A stretch of DNA of 51,222 bases, the filler included, from Sphacelaria rigidula (Eukaryota), in assembly GCA_964200075.2 (NCBI GenBank). It is 3 parts of 3 records of this genome, joined end to end, with 100 filler letters (N's around TTAATTAATTAA, not from the genome) between each part and the next. Parts side by side here need not be neighbours in the genome. Positions count along the whole stretch, not along the records: positions 34,217 to 51,222 come from CAXNAA020001191.1; 2 more parts are not named here. One strand, written 5' to 3'. Every line of letters begins with the position of its first letter. Position 1 is the stretch's first letter. Shown here one piece after another: positions 35,610 to 48,164 of this stretch. The notes under the pieces are model-generated. The model had not been told where the DNA came from. It searched no databases and worked only from the letters and a program-made list of their open reading frames with translations. Made by a program: the position numbers and the translations under genes.

Positions 35610-37455
35610 CTGCACACGGAGAGCAAGAGGGCGTCGGCATCGGGCAACAACACCCATGAGACACTCAGGAGCTCTTAGTCAAGACCCATTACTTCATTTG
35701 TGCTGTACAACGTACAGTTTGAACTGCCAGCAACACACTTTCCATCAGCATGCATCAACTACAAGACATTGGTACCGCAGACATTCGCATACGTGGAAAA
35801 AGCTTAGGCCCTCTGCGAAGCACAACTGTTGACGTTCAGGACAAGCTGGGGGGAAAGTCTAAACGTTACGGTACGCAGTATACAAATTATTCGCGAGGGA
35901 AGACCGGTCACACAGCCAGTGATTCAACCGACCAGCGAATGAGCTCATGTTTTGTCGTGAACTATAACCACACATGATCAGTGACGCCCACGGGCAATAT
36001 TGAGGGGGGACAAAGATGTTCCAGCAAGTTGGTCGAATACTCACGTTGAAAATCATACTGCTTCACAGGCAAGTAGTATGTAACCATGATCCACCTATCA
36101 AGGACCTGAAGGTAGGAAACATTTACCGCTGACGGTGTCCTGCACGACACAATAGTCCAAAATCTGTATAAATTACAAATGATGTACGAATCATATGATT
36201 TTTTCTTTGGGATGACGAACATGAGTTGGGTCACGATGAATCACGATTTCATCGTTATTTTTTTCGTCCTCACCGTTAGTGTTTTCCATCCATTTCTCTC
36301 TCAACAACGATTCGGAGAAAGTGCACGTCTGTTGCACCATCATAGATGAGCGGTTTGAGTTTGACATCGACTGTACTACCGCGAACACCCGAGCTCAGAT
36401 TTACTCTTCAAGTACGAATCGCGATTTTTTCGAATTTACTCAAGATGACATGACAGAAGTCAACCTATATGAACGTTGATCCTGCATGCACCCGACAGTG
36501 AAAACACATGCATAGTCATCTCGACCACCTACAGTTTGAGGGAAGAGTACGACTGAGGCAAGGCCCCAAGATGACAGGATTCAACGATGTGCCGACTCTT
36601 CCCGCACCAGTCATACGCATGGCATAGATATAGATGCTATTCACGCCCCATTGTACGTGTGGGTAGCCTGTACCGTCAATTCATTCCGCATTGGGTTAGT
36701 ATGTGTGACTTGGAGGTGAGAAACGGGTAATGTTGACGGTGTACCGCACGACACAAGAGCTCACAACCTGTATTAATTACAAATGATGTACGAATCGTAT
36801 AATTTATTCGTTGAAATAAGCTCGAGTTGAATCACGATTTTATTTGCCCTGACCGTGCTTGTAGTCAGTCAACAGGACAGTACAGACGGTAAAGATCGTA
36901 CAACAACAGTGGCGGCCTGGTGCGTCTAGATAGTGTGTTTCGCACAGCATACGGCGCGATGTGGAAAAGAAGCGGGCAAGACGTTTTTCGACTCTCCGCA
37001 TACAGAAGGATGCGAAGCAGATTCGAATAGCGAGCAGTTTAGCCTTTACTGTCCATGAGCGGGTTGGCAAGTCGTTCGCCCACCCCACCACGTAACTCAG
37101 TCGGTGGACCTTACTCGAAATTAAATGCCCAAGTTTGCGCCAACGAGAAGAACACATCATGCCAGAAGTGTGGTGGTGTCAGTTTCTCATCACTACAGTG
37201 CATGTTTGCCTGCGCTTAGCTCATTATCCATGCCGCAGGGTCGAGTAGGGAGCTTTGCGAATGGAAGACACGGGTTATGCGTAATTACGTGAATGCACAC
37301 GAGATACGTGCCCCTTCGTTCATTCCGCCACTCCTTTCGCTAGAAAAAGTCAATCTTCTTTTGTTTTCGACCTTGTCCAACGCCAGCAATTGATCATGAA
37401 ATGGACTTGAAGCCATTTGAGAACATAAATGTAGTGGACGATCTGATACGGCCTC

Positions 37456-39330
37456 ATGGCGACCAATTCGATTCGACCGCATGTTTTCGAGACGAAAAAA
37501 TTATACGACACGGCCTCAATAAGGCAGGCGCAGACGTTGTCCGAGGAAAAACCTTTCGAAGGATTTTCTAGAAAGGGAGCGCCACATTACCTGCGCCGAT
37601 CCGCAGGCCAGCCCGATACAACACTCGCTTCAGAGGTAACAGAAGGCCGCGTTTTTCATTTCACTCTTGACCGTAGTTCGTGTCCTTAGAATGTACGGAA
37701 GAGGCTCAAGGCTATCGACTGTTACCGCATCGACCCAACACCTCAGCGTCGTGTACCGCACGGGGAGATACTTCTCATCTCCTCAGGACGAGTTGAAAGT
37801 TTCGAAGGACGACCCCACCCCTCTCCCGGTACAGGTCCATCAGCGATTTAGTGCCCCGGATTGGATTAGTACTACAGCAGACCCCGTCGACCTTGATCGA
37901 ACTTCTCTCGCCACCCAAGTCCTCGAGCTCAAACGGCACAAGTGAGACCCTCATGATCATCACTCAAACACTTTTCGGGGTTCCCACTTTCGTCGGATCC
38001 GTTATGACGTTGACCCATGCCACCATCATCAAATCACAAGACCAGCCCCAATCAAGAGCAGACTGATACAACCCAACTTGAAAGAAATGATCCGACGCAA
38101 GAAGTTTACACATCGTTTGAGCTTGCAGCGCGAAGAACGGCGTGGCTAAGGGTCAAGGGGGTTCGGGGGCTAAACTTGAGGTCCAACAAGACCGTGGACC
38201 GTAAGGGTTGAAAATAGTAGTGATTTTGCGAATTCCACGCGAAATTTCGACACCGCAACGTCCCGCTCGGCGGGTGAAAGATTTCACGATCATCATTGAA
38301 TCCTCGGTCAGCGCTGACTCAAGTGGCGGAGTCGTGATTGTGAAATCTTCGAAAAAAATGCTCTGGGGGCCAGTCATGTACAGGTTCAACTACCCGGGCG
38401 CAGCAAGGGCAACCACCACTCGTATCGTGCACGTACACCATCAGCATTACTGCCCCGCAGCACAGTGCCATCAGGACAGTACAAAGATGAGCGGCAGATC
38501 GAAGATGTATCACTGATCTTTCAGGACACCGAATCATGAAAAAAAAACAAGACACACGCACCCTTCCCAAGCGGCGACCCTGATGTATACATACACGCCC
38601 GAACTGAAGAAGGCACGCACCCGGAGTGAGAATTCGTTCAGGGGAGGCGCATAACACCTCATCATAGTTGTAGTTGCTACTACGTCGTATGACAGGGGAG
38701 TGGGACAGTAGCGTTGGAGAGTCAGCACAGCAGTACAATCGTTGCGCTGGTCAGTAAGTTGCTCTCGCCCCAAAGTCGTACTGGTCTGACAAGCTTTCGG
38801 AACACAAAGCATATCTAACAAATCAGCGGAAAAGGGGGGAAGGGGGCAGAAGTTGCCGCTTCACTCAGGCGCAATTTTGTACCCAAGCCGGTGAAGTATT
38901 CCCGACTTGCATTTCAATCTGCGAAGCGTACCGCTTCACCTCCAACACAAGGCGTGTTGACAGCTTCCGTGAAGTAATGCCAGAGTACGTTAACGAAGAG
39001 GGGTATGTATTGGCTTGAATCCCTCGGGGTTCACGAGATGGGCACGTCTTCGAGCACGACCACGCACACACAATACAAGATATTTCGGCGACAGACGGCG
39101 GAAGACGAACATGCGCACAGCTCTCCTTCCCAAATGGCCCAGATATCATACGGTTGAATACTAAGTACGATGTAATGACCGTCCGAGATGGGCCGTCCAG
39201 ACAGCCCTGCAACGCCCAGTACAACCCGACGAATAATGGAGCGGACCAACAGATCGTACGGGACTTTTGACTTCTGCTGTTCGAGGATCGCAGGTAGCAG
39301 GTCCATACGGATTGTAGTGAGTGCGCACAC
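37456..39330 (+). pseudogene. Exon-like segments of an unknown gene or TE relic, antisense within SDR intron 2
   Basis: About 37456-37635 (|gtaaca) and 37787-37941 (ctcctcag| ... |gtgaga) are phase-compatible. From 38869 there is a long frame with scattered stops. Confidence 0.4.
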
Positions 39331-39702
39331 ACTCTGTTTTTTCTTGACCATGAATTGACTGCATGCCTGAGTTCTCAGTTTCTACCCTGGGCCGCCCTCA
39401 TGATGAGAAAAGCACCGGGTTGCATCGGCAACCACCAGGGGTCCCTACTCGCAGTCATGATTAGCACCTTGTTCCCTCCTTGTGTACACGGCAACAGAAG
39501 CACTGTGGCTTCGTGGACTATCCTGAGATTTTTCGGACATTTCTAACGGTCTATAATAGCGGATGATTTCAGCGGTCCAAAACGACGGACAAACAGTGAT
39601 GCACAAGAAACAGTGCAGTAGAGGCACCGCGCAGGATCGCTCAGTCCAACACAGCTCGACACAGCACAGCACAGTGCCAACGGGTGCACGTATCTCACTC
39701 AC

Positions 39703-39898
39703 CGTTATTTACAAGAATATCGGCGCAGCCACCAGCCCACTCATTTGCCTCGACACATGCCTGGTGGATAGCGTCTGTGCTCGCAAGATCGATTGGGATG
39801 AAGGTCGTGGTCGATCCGTCCCACCCCTTCTCCTCCAGAAGCTTGTCGTACTTGGCCTTGCTTCTCGCAAGCACGGCCACTTTGGCGCCCGCCTTCAG
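39703..39898 (-). CDS. SDR exon 2
   Basis: Acceptor aatccag| and donor G|gtgagt. Reads LKAGAKVAVLARSKAK...PIDLAS...ADILVNN. Confidence 0.92.
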
Positions 39899-40280
39899 CT
39901 GGATTTCGTGCGAGCATCAGCAGCGTTGTAGTGGAAATGGAGGGTGTCATCGTGTGAGAGGGGGTATCGCGGGCAAGTGTGATGGTGCCGATGACATTCC
40001 ACAGCTACGAGTTATTCTTCGAAGCCACGTGCCGCGTGCACGCGCCGCGTGTATGCTCCCCTGGAAGCCTTCGACAAGTGAAGCAAAAAGGACCCTCACC
40101 AGCCGAGACTGACTGTACTGACTGTGAGTTGGGCTGTAATACAGAAACAAGAGCGGCGTTTATGCTCACCCCCGACACAGAGTACAGCATCAACATGGTG
40201 CAAGCTATAGGGAGCACGTCTTCTCCAGGGGTCGCAAAATTGACGCAATACAAGGGAGAGACAGACTCGCATCATCTCAC

Positions 40281-40403
40281 CAGGCAGTCCGTGATCGCCG
40301 CGCCAATACCCGCGCTGCCACCGGTTACGATGGCATGCTTTCCAGCGAGCATGTCACTCCTCCATGGGAAAGGAGGCTCTTCGGGCGCGGGCTTTCCAGG
40401 CAT
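40281..40403 (-). CDS. SDR exon 1 (classical SDR, resembles L-xylulose reductase / sugar dehydrogenase types)
   Basis: MPGKPAPEEPPFPWRSDMLAGKHAIVTGGSAGIGAAITDCL contains the TGxxxGIG Rossmann motif. Donor |gtgaga. Confidence 0.93.
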
Positions 40404-41226
40404 GTTGTTTAGAATTGGTGCAAAAGGCGTAGGGGGGAGAGTTCCTGATGAGTTGTGGACGGAAAGCAGACTGCAAGAATGGGATTATGCAGCGGGGGGG
40501 CGTTGTGGTTACTTTTAAGGTTTTCGTGGTTGTTCTGAGTTCTGAGCCCAGCTCGGGTGTTCGGTGAATAACACCCTAGCATGTCGGGATATCGGAAAAC
40601 GCAAAGAAACGGAAAATGTGCCGCAATTATTGGTCCGCATTCTTGCGTTGTTGTGATTTCCAGGCGACGGTTGAGGGGTTTGCTTCTCGTTATTGTGAGT
40701 GTTCCTTTTGGTGGTAGTGATACTGCTGCCGTTAAAAAAAGCAACACCGGATGGATGTGGATTCCTACATGTACGTTATTTTGTAAAAGGTCGTTTTGGC
40801 GATGTCCCAGTCGTATCATAAATCGTAGAGCGGTGCACAGTGCACGGTGTGTGATTGTGTCCGACAATTTGAACGGGTGTGGTGGATTTTTTGCGAATCG
40901 TTCACGGTTGCCCCGCTATTGGCGTAGAGATTTGAACGGCATACCTTCGTCTTGTTCCTGCCATGACCTTCGAAAACGTAGTTTTCGTTTTCGTCACCAC
41001 TGTTGTCGTCGTCGTTATTGTTATTGCTGCTGCTCCTGCTCCTGCTACTATTATACGTAGTACCTGTGCTAATTTTGCACTCCAACCACTGTTCGTGTGA
41101 TAAATTGATACTCAGCTTTTCAACATCATTACATTCATCAGGGGGTAAGCGAGATCAGCAGGCACTTATTGCGGCTTCGTCCACATTGTATACTTGTAGC
41201 AGCGCACGCGCACATCGTCTCAAGTC

Positions 41227-41415
41227 ATGCAGGCCACAGTGAGTACACAGCTGACGGTTCGGGACATGCGGAGTCCGAGCGATCCACATGGTGGCTATGT
41301 CACAGAGATCGCATTTTCTGCAGATGGAGACCACTTACTCGTGGGCACGGCGTGTTTCGCGGTTCGCGTGTGGGGCGCTTTGTCTGGCGAGGTGATGCTG
41401 TTTTGCCCGCCGTTG
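41227..41415 (+). CDS. WD40-repeat protein, first recognised exon
   Basis: HGGYVTEIAFSADGDHLLVGTACFAVRVWG. Donor |gtgagt. The start codon is uncertain. Confidence 0.85.
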
Positions 41416-42059
41416 GTGAGTATTTTCCACCATATAGTCCATGCAGGAGGGCGGCGACTGGAAACATGACGCCAGTCACGTTGGAAGGGTCCAGGGGGCG
41501 CTACTACTGGCAGCACCTGTGTGTCATATAGACTTGATCAAACAGGACTCGGTTCACTCCCCCCCCCCCGCCAACACCCACAGAAAGTGAAACCAACCGG
41601 TCTTGAGATCACGTCAGTACCATGCGGGAGGGGGGTGATAAGTAACAGCATTGGCGCTGGTGCGAAAAAATATAACCCATGCATGCCAGTACTGCCAGTT
41701 CTGCATTGGTGAAGCGTACGATACTTTTGACATGGACAATACTCTTCGACCCATCCCCCTACAAGGCGACCCTGAAAACGTGAAAAAGCCGACAGCACAG
41801 CTAGGCGTGTTCAAATTGCACCCGCCACGAAATAATGCCTGCTCTAAATTCACACACTATCGTGGGTCTCTCATATCATACGCAGGCCATGCACAATGAC
41901 ATAAGGGCTGTCCGGCAAAACGGTCGACGTGGGTGCAAACTGTCACCCCACGTGCTGCGTATACGGCACATGTATCATGGATCAGAGAGAGAAAGTGAGT
42001 TCCAACTCGATGTGTGTGCAACTCCCTCGCTGCCGTCATGATTGGACACCATTACTTAG

Positions 42060-42233
42060 GCCGGTACGAACGAAGACGGGGGTTACCATGCAGGCAAGCT
42101 CAGCTGTGACATTGTCGCGACCCCCGATCGCCGCTTGCTCATGGCTGCCGGCTCTGCGTCGGGTGGAATCATCGTGTGGGATTGCTCAGAGGGATGCCGC
42201 ATTGCGGAGTTACGGAATTGTGGGCACCCCTAT
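42060..42233 (+). CDS. WD40-repeat protein exon
   Basis: Acceptor attacttag| and donor |gtacgt. Reads AGTNEDGGYHAGKLSCDIVATPDRRLLMAAGSASGGIIVWDCSEGCRIAELRNCGHPY. Confidence 0.85.
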
Positions 42234-42586
42234 GTACGTGGCTATTTATAAAAGTATGAGACAGCGAAAAAAATCGCACGGATACAAAAAATACACACAA
42301 GGACATTTGATATGTGGACGAGTCACGCACTTTTCCCAACGTATAGTCAAACAGACGTGCACATCGCGCTGCATGTGCAGAGAAGGTGATACCTGAGTGA
42401 TATCGCTCACGATTCCCGTTACGTCGGCGACCATGTACTTGAGAACAGGTTTCAACGTAAGCAACACCAGTAAGTAAGACAAGTGTTACGCTTTGCGTCC
42501 CTTACCCGCACAAGGGCTCAAACGTGCGCACTCTTGGTATATGCTCCGTGCACTGTCGTGCGACTGACCCGTTCGCCACCTTGCAG

Positions 42587-42661
42587 GGAGTGCCCGTGCC
42601 CCATCTTGCTGCCTATCCAAGTGGGCGCTATTTCTTGAGCGCAGATCTCGACACAATCAAG
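42587..42661 (+). CDS. WD40-repeat protein exon
   Basis: Acceptor ccttgcag| and donor |gtgcct. Reads GVPVPHLAAYPSGRYFLSADLDTIK. Confidence 0.85.
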
Positions 42662-43102
42662 GTGCCTAAGGGTCGATCATCCTCCCCTCCTTCGCTAACC
42701 CTCGTTCTTTGATAGACCGGGACTGGAGCGTTACGCACAATGATATGCGTGTTTGGAAGGCGGTAATAGAATTTCCATGACTTGGTCGTTAGCCTACTAT
42801 CTGCGCACGTCCGCTTGAGGGCCGAGCATTGCTCACAATATGGCGATTTACCCGTTGCTCCTCCACTCTTTTGCTAAAGATGGTTCTGAAAGATGACAGG
42901 TAGGTGAAAGAGGGAAAGCACGGGGGGTGGACAAAAACACAGCTGGGTAACTCACTTCTGATTACCTGCTGAACGTGATGACACTCTCCATTCCCCATGC
43001 CTCCGACTTCGTGTTTCGCAAGTACCCGCAAAAACGCCGCTGTTCTGATTCATGTGTATCTGCACCTCACGGCCTTTGTGACCCTGCCACCGTGCCAACA
43101 AG

Positions 43103-43352
43103 GTATGGTGGATGGACGATTTCAAGTGCAAGCGAACGCTCAGAAGCGCCTTCGTTGTGCAGATTCTCTTGGTGTCGGACAAGGACAAATATATATTCTG
43201 TGCCGGGCAGATCGAAGACAAGAACAAGCAAAAACAGAAGAAGCCTGATGGTGTCGTAGCTGTTTGGCCTGGCCACCCGGAAAAAAAGCCAATTCGATTG
43301 CTTCGCGGATTCGGCAGGCTCGTTCGATCTTTGTACGCCCCTGTCGACCCTG
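43103..43352 (+). CDS. WD40-repeat protein exon
   Basis: Acceptor caacaag| and donor G|gtgaga (phase 1). Reads VWWMDDFKCKRTL...DGVVAVWPGHPEKKPIRLLRGFGRLVRSLYAPVDP. Confidence 0.8.
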
Positions 43353-43467
43353 GTGAGAACAAATGCATCGCGCCACTTGCTACGGCCATGAACCGACAAC
43401 CCGAGAGTATCTTCTTCGTCGTGCTCACCCTACGGAGAGATCATACATCTAGTTGAAGTACAATCGG

Positions 43468-43665
43468 TCGCCCCGCTTGCTCAGTTGGTAACCTCGACAC
43501 CTTCTGGCGGTTGGGCCGTGGGTTCGAATCTCGGAGCGATCTGGGATTTTTTTCACACCATGCCCAAAAGTGGAGAGCGACTATGTGGTGGGTACACAAA
43601 ATTCGACTTGATGGCCGACGAGGGAAAGGGGCTACTGAACCCCTCTCGCGATAAAAAAAGGAAAG
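43468..43665 (+). mobile_element. tRNA-derived SINE
   Basis: A-box TTGCTCAGTTGG (43477) and B-box GGTTCGAATC (43521), followed by a non-tRNA body and an A-rich end. Confidence 0.7.
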
Positions 43666-43726
43666 GCAAGCACCGCAGAAGGAAAATGGAGAACTGAACG
43701 AAACAAAACAATACTCCTGTGTTGAT

Positions 43727-43909
43727 CTTCCTCCTGTGTGACCTCGGCTAGTGCGTCCAAATATACCGGAAGGTTTACACCGGCGTCCAGAATATGGGAC
43801 GAAGAAAAAAGGAGAAAACTCCAGCTTTGGCCTTCCTCCTGCGTGACCCCGGCCAGTGCGTCCAAATATACCGAAAGGTGTAGACCGGCATCCAGGATAT
43901 ATGGGACGA
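43727..43909. repeat. Two-copy tandem repeat, period 105 bp
   Basis: cttcctcctg(t/c)gtgacc(t/c)cggc(t/c)agtgcgtccaaatataccg at 43727 and 43832. Confidence 0.9.
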
Positions 43910-44717
43910 CAACACAACAACACACAGTATGGTCGTTTATTTGAATGCCATTCTAGACAACAGGTACTGTGCGGAAAAAAAGAATAACGTACTTGCCACC
44001 AGAAAGTATTTCCACGGTGCCACCACAACGTCTTTCCGTCAGCGCCCTCGATGTGTACAGCGACTCGCACGTCCAATGCGGAGTGTTTGATCTGCTCGTG
44101 CTGGAAAATGTCCAGGGAAGAAAAAGTACAAGATGGTCTCAGAAAAATCAAATCAAACGGAACCCGTCACTAAGCTTTTGTCTCGCCCAGTTCTGAAGTT
44201 CTGAGCTGAACTTTACGCGCAAGGTGTCATTCTTCGTATTAAAACATTGTACTGCGTCGCCGTTCTGGTCTTGTCCTCTGGGGTCGAGTTGAATATATTA
44301 TTCAGCGATTTTGTATTCGTTTTCCAAACCCTACATGATAAATAACGCGGGCTCAGGGGACCAAATCCACTATGTGGCCCAGTGCGGTTGTGAAGCAGGT
44401 GTAAACATGCTTGTGGAGGATTCGGCTCGCAACTTCAAGACTGGGCGGGGTAGAAACGACTCAACAGACTTCACATCGGAGCATGTTATCGAGGGCATCC
44501 AAGGGGTGGTACAACTTAAGATCGAAGACGAAAAAGATATCAAAACTGATTTTTATACCCTACTTGCGTCTTCAAGGGCCCGTGCTAGAAAAATATTGTG
44601 AACGCTGAGGGCTCAAGTGTGGCACTCCGTACGGACTACAGATGGTATGAGTAATGGGAGCCGCCTGTTCGACAGATCCTCGAGTAGTGACGAGACGGAT
44701 ATTAATCTGGGGGAAAA

Positions 44718-44979
44718 ATCACGGTTAGGACGAATCATCACGGGTTCGAATCACTAGATCCACAATTTCTTCGGCCTGATTGCCCAAAAAGAAGAAAAAA
44801 ATTCACCACTGGTCCAAGAGGTATCCACGCAACTTTGCGCCATTCCACGTGTCTGGGTTGCGTGTACCTGGGTTGCAACGCTGAAAACAAAGCCTAAGGA
44901 TTTATTCGTACGATTCAAATCAATTACACTAAAACCAAGTAATCTCCATACGAATCATTGATTTGTCCGACCCTTGAAA
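44718..44979 (+). repeat. About 260-bp dispersed repeat
   Basis: Copy of 21374-21634. Confidence 0.85.
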
Positions 44980-45217
44980 GAGATTCCCGGACGATTCAGG
45001 CTACGGTATCGAGTCCGCCTTGATCCCGGCGTCAAGTGGGTATGTGGTATGTCGCCTCTACTCCTCATGCATCTTGCGACAAGTGGCGACGAACAGATCT
45101 CGCGTTTTTGGAGGAAACAGTTTCTGCATTCGCTTTGCAACATAAACTCGTTACGGTCAAGATAAGATAATAGCGTCATCCCGTGGCACGATCCCCAAAA
45201 TATTCCATCCCCCTCCT

Positions 45218-45420
45218 CTATGGTGGTCGCAGACGGCGAAACAGGATGGGGATAAGATATGCAAAGGGTATTTGTGTGATGGAAAAAGCGTAAGGAGCGC
45301 CGGAATGTTGAAGGTGTCTTTATTAGGAGTAGGAGCGGTGCCCCGTCTCGAAAGGGATACGTGGTCAATGGTCAGACGACTAAAGCAAGCAACGAATGAG
45401 TACGCCCACCCCCCCCCTCC
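45218..45420 (+). mobile_element. LINE family A 3' end
   Basis: Homologous to the reverse complement of 5647-5845. Ends aatgagtacgcccacccccccc. Confidence 0.75.
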
Positions 45421-45485
45421 TCTATGATGTAGTTTTTCATGCGCAAAATTATGGATTGTAACTGTCTCGACCGCTCTGTTGTCAG

Positions 45486-45706
45486 GTGTTGAACAAGCGT
45501 CACTGTCCTCTCGCTACCCACCCCCAATGTCAGATGTGCTAGTGACAGCGGGGCAGGACGGGAGAGTCAAGATTTGGGACGTGCCAACTGGACAATGTAG
45601 GAAAGCCATATGGAGCAAGCTGGCCATGGCGTCTCCTCTGGCATACGCGGCCCTCGTGAATCGAGCGCGATGGTTGTTGACATATTCTGACGATGCCTCG
45701 TTACAG
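45486..45706 (+). CDS. WD40-repeat protein exon
   Basis: Acceptor ctgttgtcag| (phase 1 fits) and donor |gtggga. Contains DVLVTAGQDGRVKIWDVPTGQC and WLLTYSDDASLQ. Confidence 0.9.
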
Positions 45707-45932
45707 GTGGGAGATTCTTGAGTCTCACATCCTTGGTGAGGTAAAAACAATATGGTCAACTGTGCGTACAGTAGCGGGCGGTCTAACTATTCATTTCGTC
45801 GCATTTCGTGATTTTTTCGTGATTCGCGATTGTCTTGGGCTCTTTTCGCTTGCAACCGCTCATCACATTTGGGATCTGAAGATATTTGTATCCGCTCCAC
45901 ATTCCAAGAAAAAAACCCACATGTCCTAAATA

Positions 45933-46285
45933 TTGAGTGACTCACGGGCTTACCGGTCATCGGGGGTCCTACCACGTCTCAGCCCAGATTCTTACTCTTC
46001 GGCATTTTCAGTCGATCGAGCCTGTCCCGATCATATTTGTGAAGAAATGTCAAGTTTTTTGAAAATTATTTCTACCTACTCATCATTGCACTAGAGCCGA
46101 AAAAAAATGTTTCACGGTCAATAACACCCTCCTGATCAACGGGGTATTCGCTCATATCGCTCGATAATACCAACTAGCATTAACTTGGGCACTGTGTTTC
46201 GAGGGTGATCTGTTCATTGGGCCAAAATTTATCGACGCTAGCAATTTGGAGTTCTATCGAAAAGTAGTGCGCGAGGAAAACCCCA
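45933..46285 (+). repeat. Copy of the 14080-14430 repeat
   Basis: Shares tgagtgact(c/t)acgggctt and acggtcaataacaccctcctgat. Confidence 0.75.
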
Positions 46286-47778
46286 AAACACCCCTGAATA
46301 GTTAGACTGCCCACTACTGTAGGCGAAGCACACTACCACCATTGGAACAATCGCGCAAGCAATACTTGCAGTTTGACTGACGATTGTGACTTCTCTACTT
46401 AATGCAAAGCGCGTCGAACTGAATCACACGTTTTTCTCTCTTCTATGTATACATATTATGAGACCACGCAACTTGTAGATTGGGTAAGCCACAGCCTCGT
46501 AGTCTGGTATCGATAGCACCGACATTTGGTCGACATCTGTGTGCATGGATCAGTCTTTAGGCTCGTCAGCGAGGAGCTCTGGCATTCAATTATATGCTAC
46601 AGTTAAGCATAAGTCACCACGGCAAATAGCCGTATGCGTGGCGGATATAATGGGTCTCTACTACACTGGGGTTGGCGTGAGCTGCTGTAAGAGCGAGATG
46701 ATTTTGCTCGAGAATTAACCGCATGGTACAATACAACGAAAAAGAGGGGCGTTGTAGTACACGACCTCCTGGTAAATATGCAATAGTTGTTTTTGATATC
46801 ATCGGCGAATATAACCGATGTATCAAAGTAACTGTATTTTGAATATGGATAGTTTTGTGGAGATCGCCATTTGAGCATGTGCGGAGAGATGTCCTTTTAT
46901 GACGTGTAACCTAGTGAACGGCTGTTACAGGGGTAAGTTCGCAGGAACCCCGAAACTTCCATATATGTACAGCCGGATCTGGGACCCCAAGGTAACAGGG
47001 ATCTTCCCAGCGAACTGCTGACAATCCCTGGGGATCACTCTTGACCAAGAGTCTCAGACTTCGTCATCGGGCTAACTCGCTCGCGCTCGTCGAGCTTTCC
47101 CGAGTGTTCCACTTTGCCTCAACCCCACGACTTACGGTCAGTCCTTGACTACATAACCCGAGGGAAATCATCGGCCACCTTCGACGGTTTCTACCGTCAC
47201 CGGGAGTCTCACAACTTCCACATTGGCGACACCAGTGAGACACAGTTTTGCTCGTTACGATACACTACACTGCATATGCACAGCTTCGCCAACGTACGTA
47301 CATACAAACCGATTTACCTCACCGGAAACTAGACAGCAGTATCGGACTGTTCACGCGCGTGAATGATTTTTTCGTGGAGACGACAACAGTTGTCCCTGCA
47401 GGAGCTCTTAGACTGAGGACTGGCCTTCTTATGGTCATACTCCGGAGGAGGTCGCATGTAAGGCCTACCCCCGGTACCTTTATCGCTGCTCGAGAGAACT
47501 GATCAAAACGCTGTTCGCCCGCACACACACATACCTCGAGAGAGAGGGCAAACGATATTTAGATACTTCCTTCAAACGAGGAACTAGTTCTGCTTTACAA
47601 AAAATAACATTAATGTCACTCAGCTACCGGTCCGTGATGACTACATAAGTAGAACTGCTAGGTCACTTGTAATTGTCTTCCGCCCAGTTTCACAGAGAAT
47701 TTGTCTCGCCTACTGCAGGCTGGTCCCAGCGGAAGGGACCAAAAAATATGTATCTGTTTTTCTTTATTTGATGTGTAA

Positions 47779-48164
47779 GACCCACTTTTATGGGAATGAA
47801 TATCGAAATGTATACAAATGTAAGGATTTCAGCCCATCTACAGGCAATTTTCTCCCGTGGATTGATTTTTCGGACCCCAGTCCGTTGGACAATATTTTTC
47901 GGCTAAATAGCTGTGGGCAAACCGATCGAATTGGGGGAGATGCGGGGGCGATGCGGGAGTGTCCCGATTTCAGCAAAACGGTGATGTCTCGAAAGTCAGC
48001 GTCTAGAAAATCGGAGAATTGATCTGGTTTGCTCACAGCTAGCCGGAAAACATTGCCCAACAGACTGGGGTCCGAAAATTCAATCCACGGGAGAAAATCG
48101 CCTGTAGACGGGCTGAAATCCTCCTATTTGTACAAATCGAGGTTCGTTGCCATAAAAGTGGGTC
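47779..48164. mobile_element. PIF/Harbinger (Tourist)-like MITE
   Basis: TAA|GACCCACTTTTATGG...CCATAAAAGTGGGTC|TAA with about 145-bp TIRs. Same family as 21932-22748. Confidence 0.85.

Noticed and set aside
39979..40518. 179-aa plus-strand ORF
   Set aside because: Antisense to SDR exon 1.
43468..43545. Functional tRNA gene (also 48905-48975)
   Set aside because: A and B boxes are present, but I could not form acceptor and anticodon stems, and each is followed by a repeat body.
43441..44151. 236-aa minus-strand ORF
   Set aside because: Composed of SINE and tandem-repeat sequence.
46505..46520. LTR primer-binding site TGGTATCGATAGC
   Set aside because: Imperfect match, with no paired LTRs or gag/pol sequence seen.
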